Notes: generated by a model not told the origin, from the sequence alone. 64,000 bases of DNA from a virus (IMGVR_UViG_3300024268_000001), one strand, 5' to 3'. Positions 37,363-47,125 are shown, numbered from the stretch's first letter. Numbers and translations are program-made.

Positions 37363-37616
37363 GTACTCTTGAAAGAGTTATGCGATCCCGGTCTAAACTC
37401 AATTTAAAGACTTGTTTATTTGACCAATATATTTTATTGTCTTTTTTAAAATAGGTCTTTAAAATGCGTTTATGGCTTAAATTTTTATATTATAAAAATA
37501 TATCCACATAATATAAAAGACTTTCCCATTGCGATTCCGTAATAAAAAATCTTTGACTTTTTCATTTACGATTATTCCAAACTTTTCTATATTATAGACA
37601 AACAGTAGAGGTAATT

Positions 37617-38318
37617 ATGAGTACAAGTATTGTTTCAGGCTTTAACGAAGTTGTTCTCAAGGACAACTCGCAGTTCGCGGAAGGTCGCAAAGACTACTTC
37701 AAGTACATTATGGGAAAGCTTGAAGAAGTCGATAACGAACCTGAACGTTTTGGCTTTGCTGGGGCTGCGTTCATTCTCGGGCGTAAGCTCGAAAACATAG
37801 GCGGTTATTTCACGGGTCGTGACAGTATCGCTCGAATCGTCCTTCCCGAGGATTCCGCAACTTACGATGAAACCACGAAGGAACTGGAATTCAAGGATGA
37901 CCGTGAGTTTGCCATCTTCGTCCACGAATCGTCCCACTTCATTCATCTTGTCTGTGACAAGGGGGAATTCATGAGTCCAGAATTCGAGAAGCTCAAACCT
38001 ATGAGCAGAGCAGCCGAATATGGCCAGGTGAAGACGAACACGAAGTATATCGAATACGAAGCGGGCTGGAGAAGCCTGTACAGTAACCGTTGCTTTGAAA
38101 TGTTCCCGGACGATTCGCTCATCTTTGAAATGAATCTCCAGAACATGCTGCACTACATGGAGTTCGACGCTTCCGATGCCTTCAAGAAAGACTTGAAGGA
38201 AGCCAAGACACCTGAAGACCTCAAGAAGGCCTGTGACGCACACAAGGACGAATATGACAATGCTGTCAAGGACATCAAGAAGTGGTCGCAGATTTCCTCG
38301 TTCGTAGTCAAGGGCTAG
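37617..38318 (+). CDS. putative zincin-like metallopeptidase-fold protein
   Basis: FVHESSHFIH (HExxH) and downstream EYEA. Confidence 0.5.
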   Translation: MSTSIVSGFNEVVLKDNSQFAEGRKDYFKYIMGKLEEVDNEPERFGFAGAAFILGRKLENIGGYFTGRDSIARIVLPEDSATYDETTKELEFKDDREFAIFVHESSHFIHLVCDKGEFMSPEFEKLKPMSRAAEYGQVKTNTKYIEYEAGWRSLYSNRCFEMFPDDSLIFEMNLQNMLHYMEFDASDAFKKDLKEAKTPEDLKKACDAHKDEYDNAVKDIKKWSQISSFVVKG

Positions 38319-38337
38319 TTCGAAAGAAAAATATATT

Positions 38338-38375
38338 AAAATCTGGATTACAAAAACTCCAGATTTTTCTATATT
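38338..38375 (+). promoter_or_regulatory. hairpin-enclosed promoter
   Basis: AAAATCTGGA-TTACAAAAAC-TCCAGATTTT; TATATT 38370-38375. Confidence 0.85.
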
Positions 38376-38398
38376 AAAGATATAAACGAGAGGTTATT

Positions 38399-39070
38399 AT
38401 GGCAACGTTTTATGTCGGTAAAGATAAGGTAAGCTGGAATGCAGTTATGCTTCGCATCGGTTCATATTTTCCGTATGTAAATGGAACTGGTGTTCGTGGC
38501 ATTCCTGGTGATCCGAAACACTTTGTGCATTACCATTCTGGCGATGACGAATATAAAATAAATGAGAAACCAGATTCGGCTTACAATTATTTCGGTGAAA
38601 CCCAAATTAACCTCAAGTATGTCCCGAAGAAGCTCAAGAACGCCGAATACAATAGTTTCGTTGACTGGTTCAAGGCTGTCTATAGTTTCATCCGCGAATC
38701 CAAAGACACTGCGTCAATGAAGTCTAAGATGAAGACTCAGCAGAACCGTACAAGTAACCAACTCGAATTCTTCGGAGTCGACTCTCAACTTCAGGATGTC
38801 ATGAACAAGACAGGATTCGTTCCTGCACCGTTGGACTACTGGATGAGAAAGAGCGAGACTGCGAAGAAAAACGATTGGACTACAATGAACGAAGTCAATC
38901 GGCATTATAAGAAACTCCGTGTCCAGTATGAAAAACAATTCGACAAAGACCGTAAGATTGAACTGCAGGCAGAAGTTCAGCGTAAGCAGACGGTCAAGCT
39001 GACAGTACAGGGCTTGGACGCTACTAAGATGCAGGAACTGATTTCGTTGGTCATGGAACAGTTGAAGTAA
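38399..39070 (+). CDS. hypothetical protein
   Basis: 223 aa; SD. Confidence 0.8.
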   Translation: MATFYVGKDKVSWNAVMLRIGSYFPYVNGTGVRGIPGDPKHFVHYHSGDDEYKINEKPDSAYNYFGETQINLKYVPKKLKNAEYNSFVDWFKAVYSFIRESKDTASMKSKMKTQQNRTSNQLEFFGVDSQLQDVMNKTGFVPAPLDYWMRKSETAKKNDWTTMNEVNRHYKKLRVQYEKQFDKDRKIELQAEVQRKQTVKLTVQGLDATKMQELISLVMEQLK

Positions 39071-39143
39071 AAATAATCTTCTTTTTTCCTTTACAACTAA
39101 GTCTAAAATTCCTATATTATAGGTATAACAAAGAGGTAATTAA

Positions 39144-39503
39144 ATGAAAGACTCCGATTACAAGATTGCCAATGAAATGACTGATGAAAATTTGATTCAG
39201 CACATCCGCGATGCAGTTCCTGACTCTAAGGACAACATGCGAGCCAGTGACATCCTGAAAAAGGAACCGTACAACGGATCTCAGCGAACCATGCTGGCCA
39301 ACAAGCAGCTTCGTGCGATTACTGACACGTCGAAGTTCTATCGTCGAGCCAAGGCTTTCCTGATGAAGGAAATCAACATCAGCTTCAGCGGTACCATCTT
39401 CAGTCACTGTAACACCATCGAAGCACAGAACTTCATCAAGTACACTCGGGAAATCGTGAAACGAAACCGTGAAACAATGGAGGCTCTTGACAGGCTGGAT
39501 TAA
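39144..39503 (+). CDS. hypothetical protein
   Basis: 119 aa; ends MEALDRLD. Confidence 0.8.
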   Translation: MKDSDYKIANEMTDENLIQHIRDAVPDSKDNMRASDILKKEPYNGSQRTMLANKQLRAITDTSKFYRRAKAFLMKEINISFSGTIFSHCNTIEAQNFIKYTREIVKRNRETMEALDRLD

Positions 39504-39536
39504 GTTTCGGCTAGTCCATAGCCCTCATGAGGTTAA

Positions 39537-39956
39537 ATGCGGGAGATCACTATGGATTACAAGAAATTAAAACGAGACGTAACGAAAGGCCTCACCAGGA
39601 TGTTCGACCATCTTGGTGATACCTACACGCTCGCTGAATTCCAACAGGAAGTCTTCAGACGGACTGGATTCGTAGTGAAACCGGATTCGGACGAAACACA
39701 GTTGACTTTCCATAACGGGATAAGCGTGCATTCAAAGAACTATACGCATGAACCCACTGGTCTCACGTTCGGGGTCAGCGGTGTGTGGGGCAAGAGGATC
39801 CGTAGTACCGTAGAATTTGACGGGCATTACACTGAACGCCTCATGCAGCAGTGCGTGAACACAGGAAACCAAATCAAAAGGACTTTATTTTATGGGAAAC
39901 AAGGAAAAACAAGTTACAATGGCGATGCTTCAAAAGGTACAGGAACGAATCCGTAA
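39537..39956 (+). CDS. hypothetical protein
   Basis: 139 aa; GAGG SD. Confidence 0.7.
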   Translation: MREITMDYKKLKRDVTKGLTRMFDHLGDTYTLAEFQQEVFRRTGFVVKPDSDETQLTFHNGISVHSKNYTHEPTGLTFGVSGVWGKRIRSTVEFDGHYTERLMQQCVNTGNQIKRTLFYGKQGKTSYNGDASKGTGTNP

Positions 39957-40053
39957 CGGAACGCCCAGGTTCGGCGATCACGGTCTCGTGAAGATGTATC
40001 AGGCCAAGCTGGGAATCACAAAGGCAACACCGCAGAAAATTAAAATTATTTAA
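39892..40053 (+). CDS. small hypothetical protein (53 aa, not in the ORF track)
   Basis: MGNKEKQVTMAMLQKVQ...; overlaps the end of the previous ORF. Confidence 0.45.
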   Translation: MGNKEKQVTMAMLQKVQERIRNGTPRFGDHGLVKMYQAKLGITKATPQKIKII

Positions 40054-40125
40054 TTACTTACAACAAAGACGGAATTTTCTATATTAAGAATATCAAGCAA
40101 CAAACATCAACAAAGAGGTAAGAAT

Positions 40126-40320
40126 ATGAAAGTTGCAGTTCTGAGTCGCACTGAATCCTGTGGTCGTCGCATTCTCGAAGGATGCTTCGTGGACGATCCG
40201 GTCACCGGCGAAACCGCTATGGACAAGGCCAAGAAGGCCAAGTCCAGTCTCCTGAAACGTTATTGTGCACCGAGCCGCCTCTGTGCCGATACCGAAATCG
40301 ACATGATGGAGGCCCAGTAA
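40126..40320 (+). CDS. hypothetical protein
   Basis: 64 aa; own promoter and SD. Confidence 0.7.
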   Translation: MKVAVLSRTESCGRRILEGCFVDDPVTGETAMDKAKKAKSSLLKRYCAPSRLCADTEIDMMEAQ

Positions 40321-40640
40321 TGGGTAAGCGGAAGAAAGAGAGAATTCCGTCGAAAAAGATGGTTATCTCTGTCGCTATCGCCGAATATGACGAATGCGGC
40401 AGCGATGGCCTCTGCATCGACAACGTTGTAAGGTTTAAGAAGTCTTTGACCGCGGCAAAGTTTATCGCGGCGGATCTCAACAAGACCGTCGGAGACATGG
40501 CTGAGTATCTGGGCTTCGAACGTGTGAACTTCCGTGACGTTAACCGTAGCATCATGAGCCTCGACCGCGGGGAGAACAAGGAATGGCAGACTCCTGAAGG
40601 TACTCCGACATGGTTGAAGTGGAAGGTATTCCGTCACTAA
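40320..40640 (+). CDS. hypothetical protein
   Basis: TAATG-coupled start at 40320 (MGKRKKE...). Confidence 0.7.
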   Translation: MGKRKKERIPSKKMVISVAIAEYDECGSDGLCIDNVVRFKKSLTAAKFIAADLNKTVGDMAEYLGFERVNFRDVNRSIMSLDRGENKEWQTPEGTPTWLKWKVFRH

Positions 40641-40730
40641 AATTTCACACAAAGAACGTTTACGGAATTAGAATATTTTATTATATTTTAATTCCGAACA
40701 AACATTAACAATCAAACCAAAGGAAAAAAT

Positions 40731-41018
40731 ATGAAGAGCAATTTTGTTGAATCCGAAGCCAAGTCTGAATCCAAGCGTGGTCGTCTGAAGAAGGACTCGC
40801 TCGAATTCGTCCTCAAGCACGCAGTCCAGCCGGGTCGCGGACGTAAGCTTCTCAAGGCGAACTGTGCCGAACTTGCAATCCAGGCCGGTCACGGTGTCGC
40901 TGGCTATCATGCAATCTGGTATCGCGAAGGCGACGGCGTGAAGTTCGGCTGTAAGTCTGATCTGTATTTCCATCAGACCTGTCAGAAGCTCGGCTACACC
41001 GTCATCAAGGTTAAGTAG
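40731..41018 (+). CDS. hypothetical protein
   Basis: 95 aa; AAGGA SD. Confidence 0.75.
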   Translation: MKSNFVESEAKSESKRGRLKKDSLEFVLKHAVQPGRGRKLLKANCAELAIQAGHGVAGYHAIWYREGDGVKFGCKSDLYFHQTCQKLGYTVIKVK

Positions 41019-41040
41019 CAAGCCCGCGAAAAAATATTCT

Positions 41041-41079
41041 AAAGTCCAGACTTACAAAAGTCTGGATTTTTTCTATATT
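41041..41079 (+). promoter_or_regulatory. hairpin-enclosed promoter
   Basis: AAAGTCCAGAC-TTACAAAA-GTCTGGATTTT; TATATT 41074-41079. Confidence 0.85.
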
Positions 41080-41103
41080 ATAAACATAACGACGAGGTAA
41101 TAA

Positions 41104-41391
41104 ATGATTATTGAATACGCTTGGAAACCGGAGTATGACGGAGGCTGGCTTGATACCAACGAACTCCAGCAATGTGTACCCATAAAAGATGACGAATTGC
41201 ACATGCATTTCAAAGGTGGCGACGATACCTATATCAGGGCCGGCGGATATATTATTGTCAACGGTGTAAGAATTAGCGGGAATAAGGCAATTTCACGTAA
41301 GCTCCATGAAATCGTGTCAATCGAACGTCTTGGTGAATCAAACGCGGCCATTGTACTCTCGAATAAAAAATCCACCAAGAAAAAAGTTTAA
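41104..41391 (+). CDS. hypothetical protein, small beta-rich family
   Basis: YIIVNGV motif similar to 43701 and 44533. Confidence 0.75.
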   Translation: MIIEYAWKPEYDGGWLDTNELQQCVPIKDDELHMHFKGGDDTYIRAGGYIIVNGVRISGNKAISRKLHEIVSIERLGESNAAIVLSNKKSTKKKV

Positions 41392-41439
41392 AACCTATCC
41401 AGATTTTTCTATATTATGAATATCAACGAGAGGTAACGA

Positions 41440-42021
41440 ATGCTTATTTTAAATAATCCTAATCTGGTAAGGATGAGCCGACAACATGGATTCTGGTATG
41501 GCAAGATTCATATCAAGGTACAACGTTTTGACGTCTATGCCATCTTGACTACCAAAGAACATGGAAGCTGGAAAACTCCGCTTACACAGCCTGTGTTCGT
41601 TGAATACCGCAGACAGTTGAAAATCTGGTTACAAGAAGAACGTGTCAAAGCCGATGCGAGAAGCGAAGCACGAAAGAAGACACTTGCGGCGAACAAGGCT
41701 AACAGTCCTTGGACCGCATTCGAATGGCGTAAGAAGTTCCTGTTGGAAATGGGCTGGTATACGGATCGTGTCCGCGGTGGAAGTGCGTTCCAGTTCCATG
41801 AAGTCTTGCGACTTGCACCTGATGCTATCGACGAAAAGGCCAAGTGTTTCTACACCGGTTGTATTGACTTCGTGAGGAAACCTCTTGGAAGGTATGAAGC
41901 GAAGAGAATCTACTCGCCTGAATCGTATGCGGCGGCAATAGCCAAGGTAAAGGAAGACATGCTCGCAGAAAGCAAAATAGAATATAACAAGACAATGAAG
42001 GCTATCGAGGCACTTGCGTAA
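41440..42021 (+). CDS. hypothetical protein
   Basis: 193 aa; ends KAIEALA. Confidence 0.8.
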   Translation: MLILNNPNLVRMSRQHGFWYGKIHIKVQRFDVYAILTTKEHGSWKTPLTQPVFVEYRRQLKIWLQEERVKADARSEARKKTLAANKANSPWTAFEWRKKFLLEMGWYTDRVRGGSAFQFHEVLRLAPDAIDEKAKCFYTGCIDFVRKPLGRYEAKRIYSPESYAAAIAKVKEDMLAESKIEYNKTMKAIEALA

Positions 42022-42094
42022 ATAATAATCTTTAATCTCTTGTTTACGACTTCTGAATATTTAACTATATTATAGACATAAACAAGAGGTTATT

Positions 42095-42571
42095 ATGATT
42101 GAAATTGAAGAAAAGTTTTTGAAGCCCGCGATTGAAATTGCACAGGAAATCATTGGTGATGCCGGTAAAATTTTCAAGGTGAAAGATGGTGACCTCAAGG
42201 ATCTTGAATTCTGTCTGGCCATGATGACCGATAATGACAAGCATGCCTGGCAAGTAAGAATGGCGACGATTAACCTGGAAGTTGCACGAAAGGAACGTGA
42301 AGTTGAAGACGCAATGAACTGGGACCGTGTAGAAAAAGCTCGTCTTGCTGCCGAAACGCCGTATATCTATGGTGACGAACATCGTTGGTGGTGCTTGGTC
42401 ACTGACCTCGTGGCATGTTTCTTTGATGGACGTTTTGCAAAACATAACGACGAAGAAGTGGACTTCTATTGCGATATGATTCCGTTATTGCGTGAAGACT
42501 GTACAACTGAACAAACAGCAATGGCAGGTCGGGTTGCTAAGATACGAGTATGCAGAAATAGCGGACTTTAA
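42095..42571 (+). CDS. hypothetical protein
   Basis: 158 aa; own promoter and SD. Confidence 0.8.
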   Translation: MIEIEEKFLKPAIEIAQEIIGDAGKIFKVKDGDLKDLEFCLAMMTDNDKHAWQVRMATINLEVARKEREVEDAMNWDRVEKARLAAETPYIYGDEHRWWCLVTDLVACFFDGRFAKHNDEEVDFYCDMIPLLREDCTTEQTAMAGRVAKIRVCRNSGL

Positions 42572-42619
42572 TAAAAAGTGGTTTACAATGAAGAAGTAAA
42601 TAACTATATTTGAACAGCT

Positions 42620-42703
42620 GGCCTTGTGGTGAAATTGGTATACACATTTGACTTAAGATCAAACGCCGGTAACGGCATGAGAGTTCGAGTCTCTCCGGGG
42701 CTA
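42620..42703 (+). tRNA. trnL: tRNA-Leu (anticodon TAA), CCA not encoded
   Basis: Cloverleaf: anticodon arm TTTGA-CTTAAGA-TCAAA, long variable arm, GAGAG-TTCGAGT-CTCTC; own promoter at about 42582-42610. Confidence 0.9.
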
Positions 42704-42739
42704 TTCTGGTAAACATTGCGGATTTGGTAAACATTCCTT

Positions 42740-42747
42740 TATAAATA
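42740..42747 (+). promoter_or_regulatory. T4-type late promoter TATAAATA
   Basis: Exact match 4 nt before the HNH ATG. Confidence 0.5.
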
Positions 42748-42751
42748 AAAT

Positions 42752-43234
42752 ATGAAGGAAAATGATTTATCAGATCAAGAGTTTATCGAAATTGTTAAAC
42801 AAACCAAATCTATGTTGTATGCGTCTAAACTTTGTGGCATGGCATATACTACATTTATTAGGCGGGCTAAAAAACTAGGCGTTTATGAACCAAATCAAAG
42901 CGGAAAAGGTTTACCTAAAAAACAACCGTTAACACCGTTAAATGAAATTTTTAATGGAATGCATCCAGAATATCAGACCTATAAATTAAAAATAAGGTTG
43001 ATACGAGAAGGATATATAGAAGACAAATGCTCTATATGCGGATGGGATAAAAAGCCTGCGGGAAGAGAATTTACACCATGCGAGCTTGACCATATAAATG
43101 GAAATCCAACCGACCATAGATTAGAAAATTTGCGTTTAATATGCCCGAATTGCCATAGTTTAACACAAACATATAGATTTAGGCGCGGTAAAACTAATAA
43201 TAAGAATGGAAAAGAATTTTTAGAAAACAGTTAG
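42752..43234 (+). CDS. HNH endonuclease (free-standing, next to tRNA)
   Basis: CSICG...ELDHINGNPTDHRLENLRLICPNCHS. Confidence 0.9.
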   Translation: MKENDLSDQEFIEIVKQTKSMLYASKLCGMAYTTFIRRAKKLGVYEPNQSGKGLPKKQPLTPLNEIFNGMHPEYQTYKLKIRLIREGYIEDKCSICGWDKKPAGREFTPCELDHINGNPTDHRLENLRLICPNCHSLTQTYRFRRGKTNNKNGKEFLENS

Positions 43235-43256
43235 CCTCCTTCTTTGGGTTGAAGGG

Positions 43257-43290
43257 AACCGGTAGATCTGTAAGGGTCTGCCGGTTTTTT
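43257..43290 (+). terminator. intrinsic terminator
   Basis: AACCGGTAGATC/GGTCTGCCGGTT plus T run. Confidence 0.75.
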
Positions 43291-43342
43291 ATTTCTAATT
43301 ATTTCTATTTACAAGATATTCAGAATTTACTATATTATAGTC

Positions 43343-43630
43343 ATGGAAATCAATAAGACTATTAAAATTAAACACGGCCGCGGCCAATCGATGCTAGAGT
43401 TAAAAATCCGCAACATTCTGGATGTCGTAAAATCGACGGGATATATCGAGCTTAGATTCTGGAGTCCGGAAGATAGCCATAAAAAGTTTTTATACATTTT
43501 CGACGACGAACCGATTACGTGGTACGACAAGGACGGTAACGAATCCACTGACTACGAGAAGTTGGTAGATACGTTGTCGGTTTACGCCGAACAGACGAAA
43601 CTAAAAGATGCCCTGGCAAGTCTGAATTAA
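43343..43630 (+). CDS. hypothetical protein, paralog of 44913
   Basis: Leaderless-type start; ends KDALASLN. Confidence 0.75.
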   Translation: MEINKTIKIKHGRGQSMLELKIRNILDVVKSTGYIELRFWSPEDSHKKFLYIFDDEPITWYDKDGNESTDYEKLVDTLSVYAEQTKLKDALASLN

Positions 43631-43700
43631 AACTCAATTAGATTTTGATTTACAAGACTTTTAGAATTTTCTATATTATAGTCATGCAAGAGAGGTTAAA

Positions 43701-44006
43701 ATGGTAATTCACGGTACTAATAGTGATGACATGCCGATACTGTTTGATACGACGAAGATCGATGCAACATACTGTTGCCAGAATGATCACGGTTTATGGA
43801 AAGTTGTATTGACCCTTAGTAACGGCCTGGAATTCTGGTTGCCGCGATATAACACTATCAAAATCAACGGCGTCAACATTATGCATGAGGGCGATATGGC
43901 TAAGTATAAGAAGATGGCCGAGGTCATCAATACAATCATTGATCTCGAACGTCAGGACCCTCCGATAGACATGGAAAAGTACGCTGAGATTGGCAAGTCG
44001 AAGTAA
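43701..44006 (+). CDS. hypothetical protein, paralog of 44533
   Basis: PILFDTTKI...INGV...DPPIDMEK. Confidence 0.8.
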   Translation: MVIHGTNSDDMPILFDTTKIDATYCCQNDHGLWKVVLTLSNGLEFWLPRYNTIKINGVNIMHEGDMAKYKKMAEVINTIIDLERQDPPIDMEKYAEIGKSK

Positions 44007-44060
44007 AGAAAAACTAAATAAGTCGTTTCCAAACTTCTAATAATTTCCTATATTATAGTC

Positions 44061-44459
44061 ATGAGCATTAACAAGACATCAAAACTGCTTCGCATTCTTA
44101 AAACACATACTGGTCTGATTCAAACAAAGCCAGTCGGAAAGGAATTGAGGTTTGACTACAACTTTCAAGGGTTTCATCTGCCTGTTGTAGAACCGTATCT
44201 CATGAGTGAAGGTTATCTTCAAAAGAAGTATTTTTGGATTTATAACTTTTTTGACTATTCACACCTGCATGACTATTGCATGGAAGACATATTGTCTGGT
44301 AGAAATAATGTAAACAATAATACTGTATTCGTAGTCCAGTATGACAGGATGACAGTGCCCAAGCTGCCTAAGTTTATTGACCAACAAATTGAATACATCC
44401 AAAAGGCTATCATGCGGTTTGAACAGCAAAAGATTGAAAAGGCATTGGATGCTCTGTAA
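44061..44459 (+). CDS. hypothetical protein, C-terminal-tail family
   Basis: Leaderless-type start; ends EKALDAL. Confidence 0.75.
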   Translation: MSINKTSKLLRILKTHTGLIQTKPVGKELRFDYNFQGFHLPVVEPYLMSEGYLQKKYFWIYNFFDYSHLHDYCMEDILSGRNNVNNNTVFVVQYDRMTVPKLPKFIDQQIEYIQKAIMRFEQQKIEKALDAL

Positions 44460-44532
44460 TAAAATTCTTTAAACAAATCGTTTCCAATCTTCTAACAATT
44501 TTCTATATTATGAATATCAACGAGAGGCTATA

Positions 44533-44874
44533 ATGTTTATCACCGGCTATAAAACAATGAATAACATAAAAGTCCCGATGTGTTTCGAGACAAAGGACAT
44601 TTGCGCTATTATACCGTTTTTGAATGACGGACATTATTGGGAAGGTCGAATAAGGAAGGAAGACCGCGTAATAACTATCTTTCTTAATACGATAGGCGGG
44701 CAACAGATCGGTATTTCTGATGGCGAAACTATCATGATTAACGGTGTTCCGGTAACGAATGACTGCACGGAAAATGCACTTAAGATTATCGAGCACTTTA
44801 TGATGTGCATGAATCTGGAGACTACTGATCCTCCCGTGGACTTGGACAAGCTGAAAGAAAAAGTTAAGAAATAA
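44533..44874 (+). CDS. hypothetical protein, paralog of 43701
   Basis: PMCFETKDI...INGV...DPPVDLDK. Confidence 0.8.
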   Translation: MFITGYKTMNNIKVPMCFETKDICAIIPFLNDGHYWEGRIRKEDRVITIFLNTIGGQQIGISDGETIMINGVPVTNDCTENALKIIEHFMMCMNLETTDPPVDLDKLKEKVKK

Positions 44875-44912
44875 AGGTTTACAACATTCGGATATTTAAC
44901 TATATTTAGAAC

Positions 44913-45209
44913 ATGAAACGAATCAAGATTGAACGCCTCACGGAAAAAGACTTATTTATCCCGTATGAGAAGATAGTTGGAGTAACCGGCGGGCCAAGTA
45001 CGATTCTGATAGATTACAAGACCGTCGACGATATGGGCTGGCATGTATGGCTCGCAAACGAGACCACGATGAGCTGGACAAGAATCGACGACGACGGAAG
45101 CCAGGTAAAGAATACGCTGGTAACTAACGAGGATTTCAAGGCGTTTGTCGAATTCCTCACCGCAGTTGCCAAACAGAACGAGAGTGTCAAGGCGATAGAA
45201 AGTTTATAG
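44913..45209 (+). CDS. hypothetical protein, paralog of 43343
   Basis: Leaderless-type start; ends KAIESL. Confidence 0.75.
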   Translation: MKRIKIERLTEKDLFIPYEKIVGVTGGPSTILIDYKTVDDMGWHVWLANETTMSWTRIDDDGSQVKNTLVTNEDFKAFVEFLTAVAKQNESVKAIESL

Positions 45210-45301
45210 TTATGGAACACCGCAATAAAAATTTTACTAGATTCCGGGTTTACAAGTTCCAAGAATTTAACTATAACAATAAACAAAAAGGAAACAAAAT
45301 C

Positions 45302-45832
45302 ATGAGTACTAAAAGTGCAGAAGAAACCATCCGCGGACTGATTCAGGCCGCTAAGGAAAACGCTCCCGAACACCAGACGGTCGACGGAATCGAATCCTGG
45401 AAGATTACCATGGACGGTGAAGTCTACAAGGTGTCTGTCGCGGACCGCAAGGCGAAGACCGGTCGAGCGTTCAACTGTCATGGCCTGGTGAAGATTCTCC
45501 CGGACGGAACGGAAGAAACGGTTAACCTCGGCGCCTGGAAGAAGAAGTTGTTCTACACTCTGGCCTACAACCTCCAGCAGGGCAAGGTGTTCAAGAAGAA
45601 CGAACAGAATCCGACCAAGGTGAAGGCAATCGTCAAGGACATGAAGGAAAACCCGGCCAACTACACCAAGAGCGAAGACCTTATCCAGGGCACGTTCAAC
45701 GGCAAGCCGATTACCGTTTCCCGCACGAAGAAGACCTACAAGTCTGGCAAGAGCATGTATCGCATCACGATGAGCGAATGCGGCATCGTCACCCTGAAGG
45801 GTTCCCAGCTCCAGCCGCTCTTCAAGGCATAA
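45302..45832 (+). CDS. hypothetical protein
   Basis: Start moved to ATG 45302 after AAAGGA; 176 aa. Confidence 0.8.
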   Translation: MSTKSAEETIRGLIQAAKENAPEHQTVDGIESWKITMDGEVYKVSVADRKAKTGRAFNCHGLVKILPDGTEETVNLGAWKKKLFYTLAYNLQQGKVFKKNEQNPTKVKAIVKDMKENPANYTKSEDLIQGTFNGKPITVSRTKKTYKSGKSMYRITMSECGIVTLKGSQLQPLFKA

Positions 45833-45913
45833 CCGAAAGAAAAAACCCAAATGTTTCTGTTTACGCCTTGTCCATGGTTTTCTATATTGTAATTAACAAC
45901 GAGAGGAAAGATT

Positions 45914-46075
45914 ATGGACAAGGCTAAAGAAACAAAGAGAATGCGTGATGAAAGAATCAAAGAATCCGAAAACGGTCGCAAGCTCCGAACCAAAACTGTC
46001 CGAGACCGAACAAAGTATACCCGAAAAGGAAAACTTCGTTTTGACAGTAAAACAGGAGAGATACAACGGCCTTAG
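45914..46075 (+). CDS. small basic protein (53 aa, not in the ORF track)
   Basis: GAGAGG SD after a promoter; MDKAKETK...RTKYTRKGKLRF. Confidence 0.55.
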   Translation: MDKAKETKRMRDERIKESENGRKLRTKTVRDRTKYTRKGKLRFDSKTGEIQRP

Positions 46076-46295
46076 CCGCAACATCTACGCTGTTGACCTC
46101 GTGAAGATCGAAGAAGACGAATATGACCCGGAGGAATACGAACTGACCTATAACGGGCCGGGCGGAACACATACGTTGTCTATTCGTAAAAAGGACACGT
46201 ACCTTGTCAACGGAAAGGAAATCCCTTTCGAAAAGGTACAGGCCTATCTCGAGAACCTGAGGACCGCTGCTGTAATCGATGCTCTCCCGGAATAA
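45945..46295 (+). CDS. hypothetical protein, C-terminal-tail family (start uncertain)
   Basis: YLVNGKEI...AVIDALPE; overlaps the 45914 ORF in the +1 frame. Confidence 0.6.
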   Translation: MMKESKNPKTVASSEPKLSETEQSIPEKENFVLTVKQERYNGLSRNIYAVDLVKIEEDEYDPEEYELTYNGPGGTHTLSIRKKDTYLVNGKEIPFEKVQAYLENLRTAAVIDALPE

Positions 46296-46373
46296 TTATT
46301 TTCTTCCTTGTCGTTTACAAAAAGAGAAAATTATTCTATATTAAAAATATCAACCAACAACAAGAGGTAATAA

Positions 46374-47018
46374 ATGTCTGAAAAGAACGAATCCGTAGAA
46401 CAGAAGGCCGAAGCCCAGCAGGAAGCACCCAAGGTCATCTACATCTACAAGAAACACAAGAACAAGAAGAAAAAGAAGACGAATCCCAAGCCCTGTCACA
46501 ACGGCGGTTATCGCATGGCCGATTTGGAAAAGGTCATGACTCCGCTCGAACTCGCCCAGTATAACAAGAAGAAGGAAGATCTTAACAAGGCCCTTACGGA
46601 ACTCAACAAGCTCAAGACGCAGGCCAACAACCTCAGTGAATATACGGACCGGGTGTTTAATCGCCTCAGTCTCGGTAACATCGACGGTTACATCAAGCTT
46701 CTCTCCAAGCAGGTCAGACCGCTTCTTGAAAATATCAAGCGCTGGAAGAGCTGTGTCAATGATATTCGTGCCGATATTAAGGGAATCCTTGCACCGGCCA
46801 TCAAGCGTCTTGACAATATCAATTCCAAGGAACCGTACAAGCCGCAGGAAGTTCTTCGCCGCTTTACAGCCGATGTCAAGGCCGGCGAAAGCACTCCGAA
46901 GAAGGGAAGCTACACCCTCAGCCGACACGATGCTCTCGTGCTTGTGAAGGAAATTTCCGATGTCATCACTGGAAATCCCAAGGCACAACGCATTGAAATC
47001 TTTATCGCATCGAATTAG
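46374..47018 (+). CDS. hypothetical protein with Lys-rich tract and coiled coil
   Basis: 214 aa; KKHKNKKKKK. Confidence 0.8.
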   Translation: MSEKNESVEQKAEAQQEAPKVIYIYKKHKNKKKKKTNPKPCHNGGYRMADLEKVMTPLELAQYNKKKEDLNKALTELNKLKTQANNLSEYTDRVFNRLSLGNIDGYIKLLSKQVRPLLENIKRWKSCVNDIRADIKGILAPAIKRLDNINSKEPYKPQEVLRRFTADVKAGESTPKKGSYTLSRHDALVLVKEISDVITGNPKAQRIEIFIASN

Positions 47019-47125
47019 AGTTTATCCTCTAGTTGATTGGGACGGACGATCTACAGGATCGCCCGTCTTTTTATTTGGCAATATTTTATGTTTACGACTT
47101 CTATGTATTTTATTATATTTGGAAT

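Noticed and set aside
32706-37402. Long antisense ORFs (32706-33683, 33886-35223, 36119-37402 and similar ones elsewhere)
   Set aside because: They are shadows of strongly codon-biased sense genes, with no SD, promoter or motifs.
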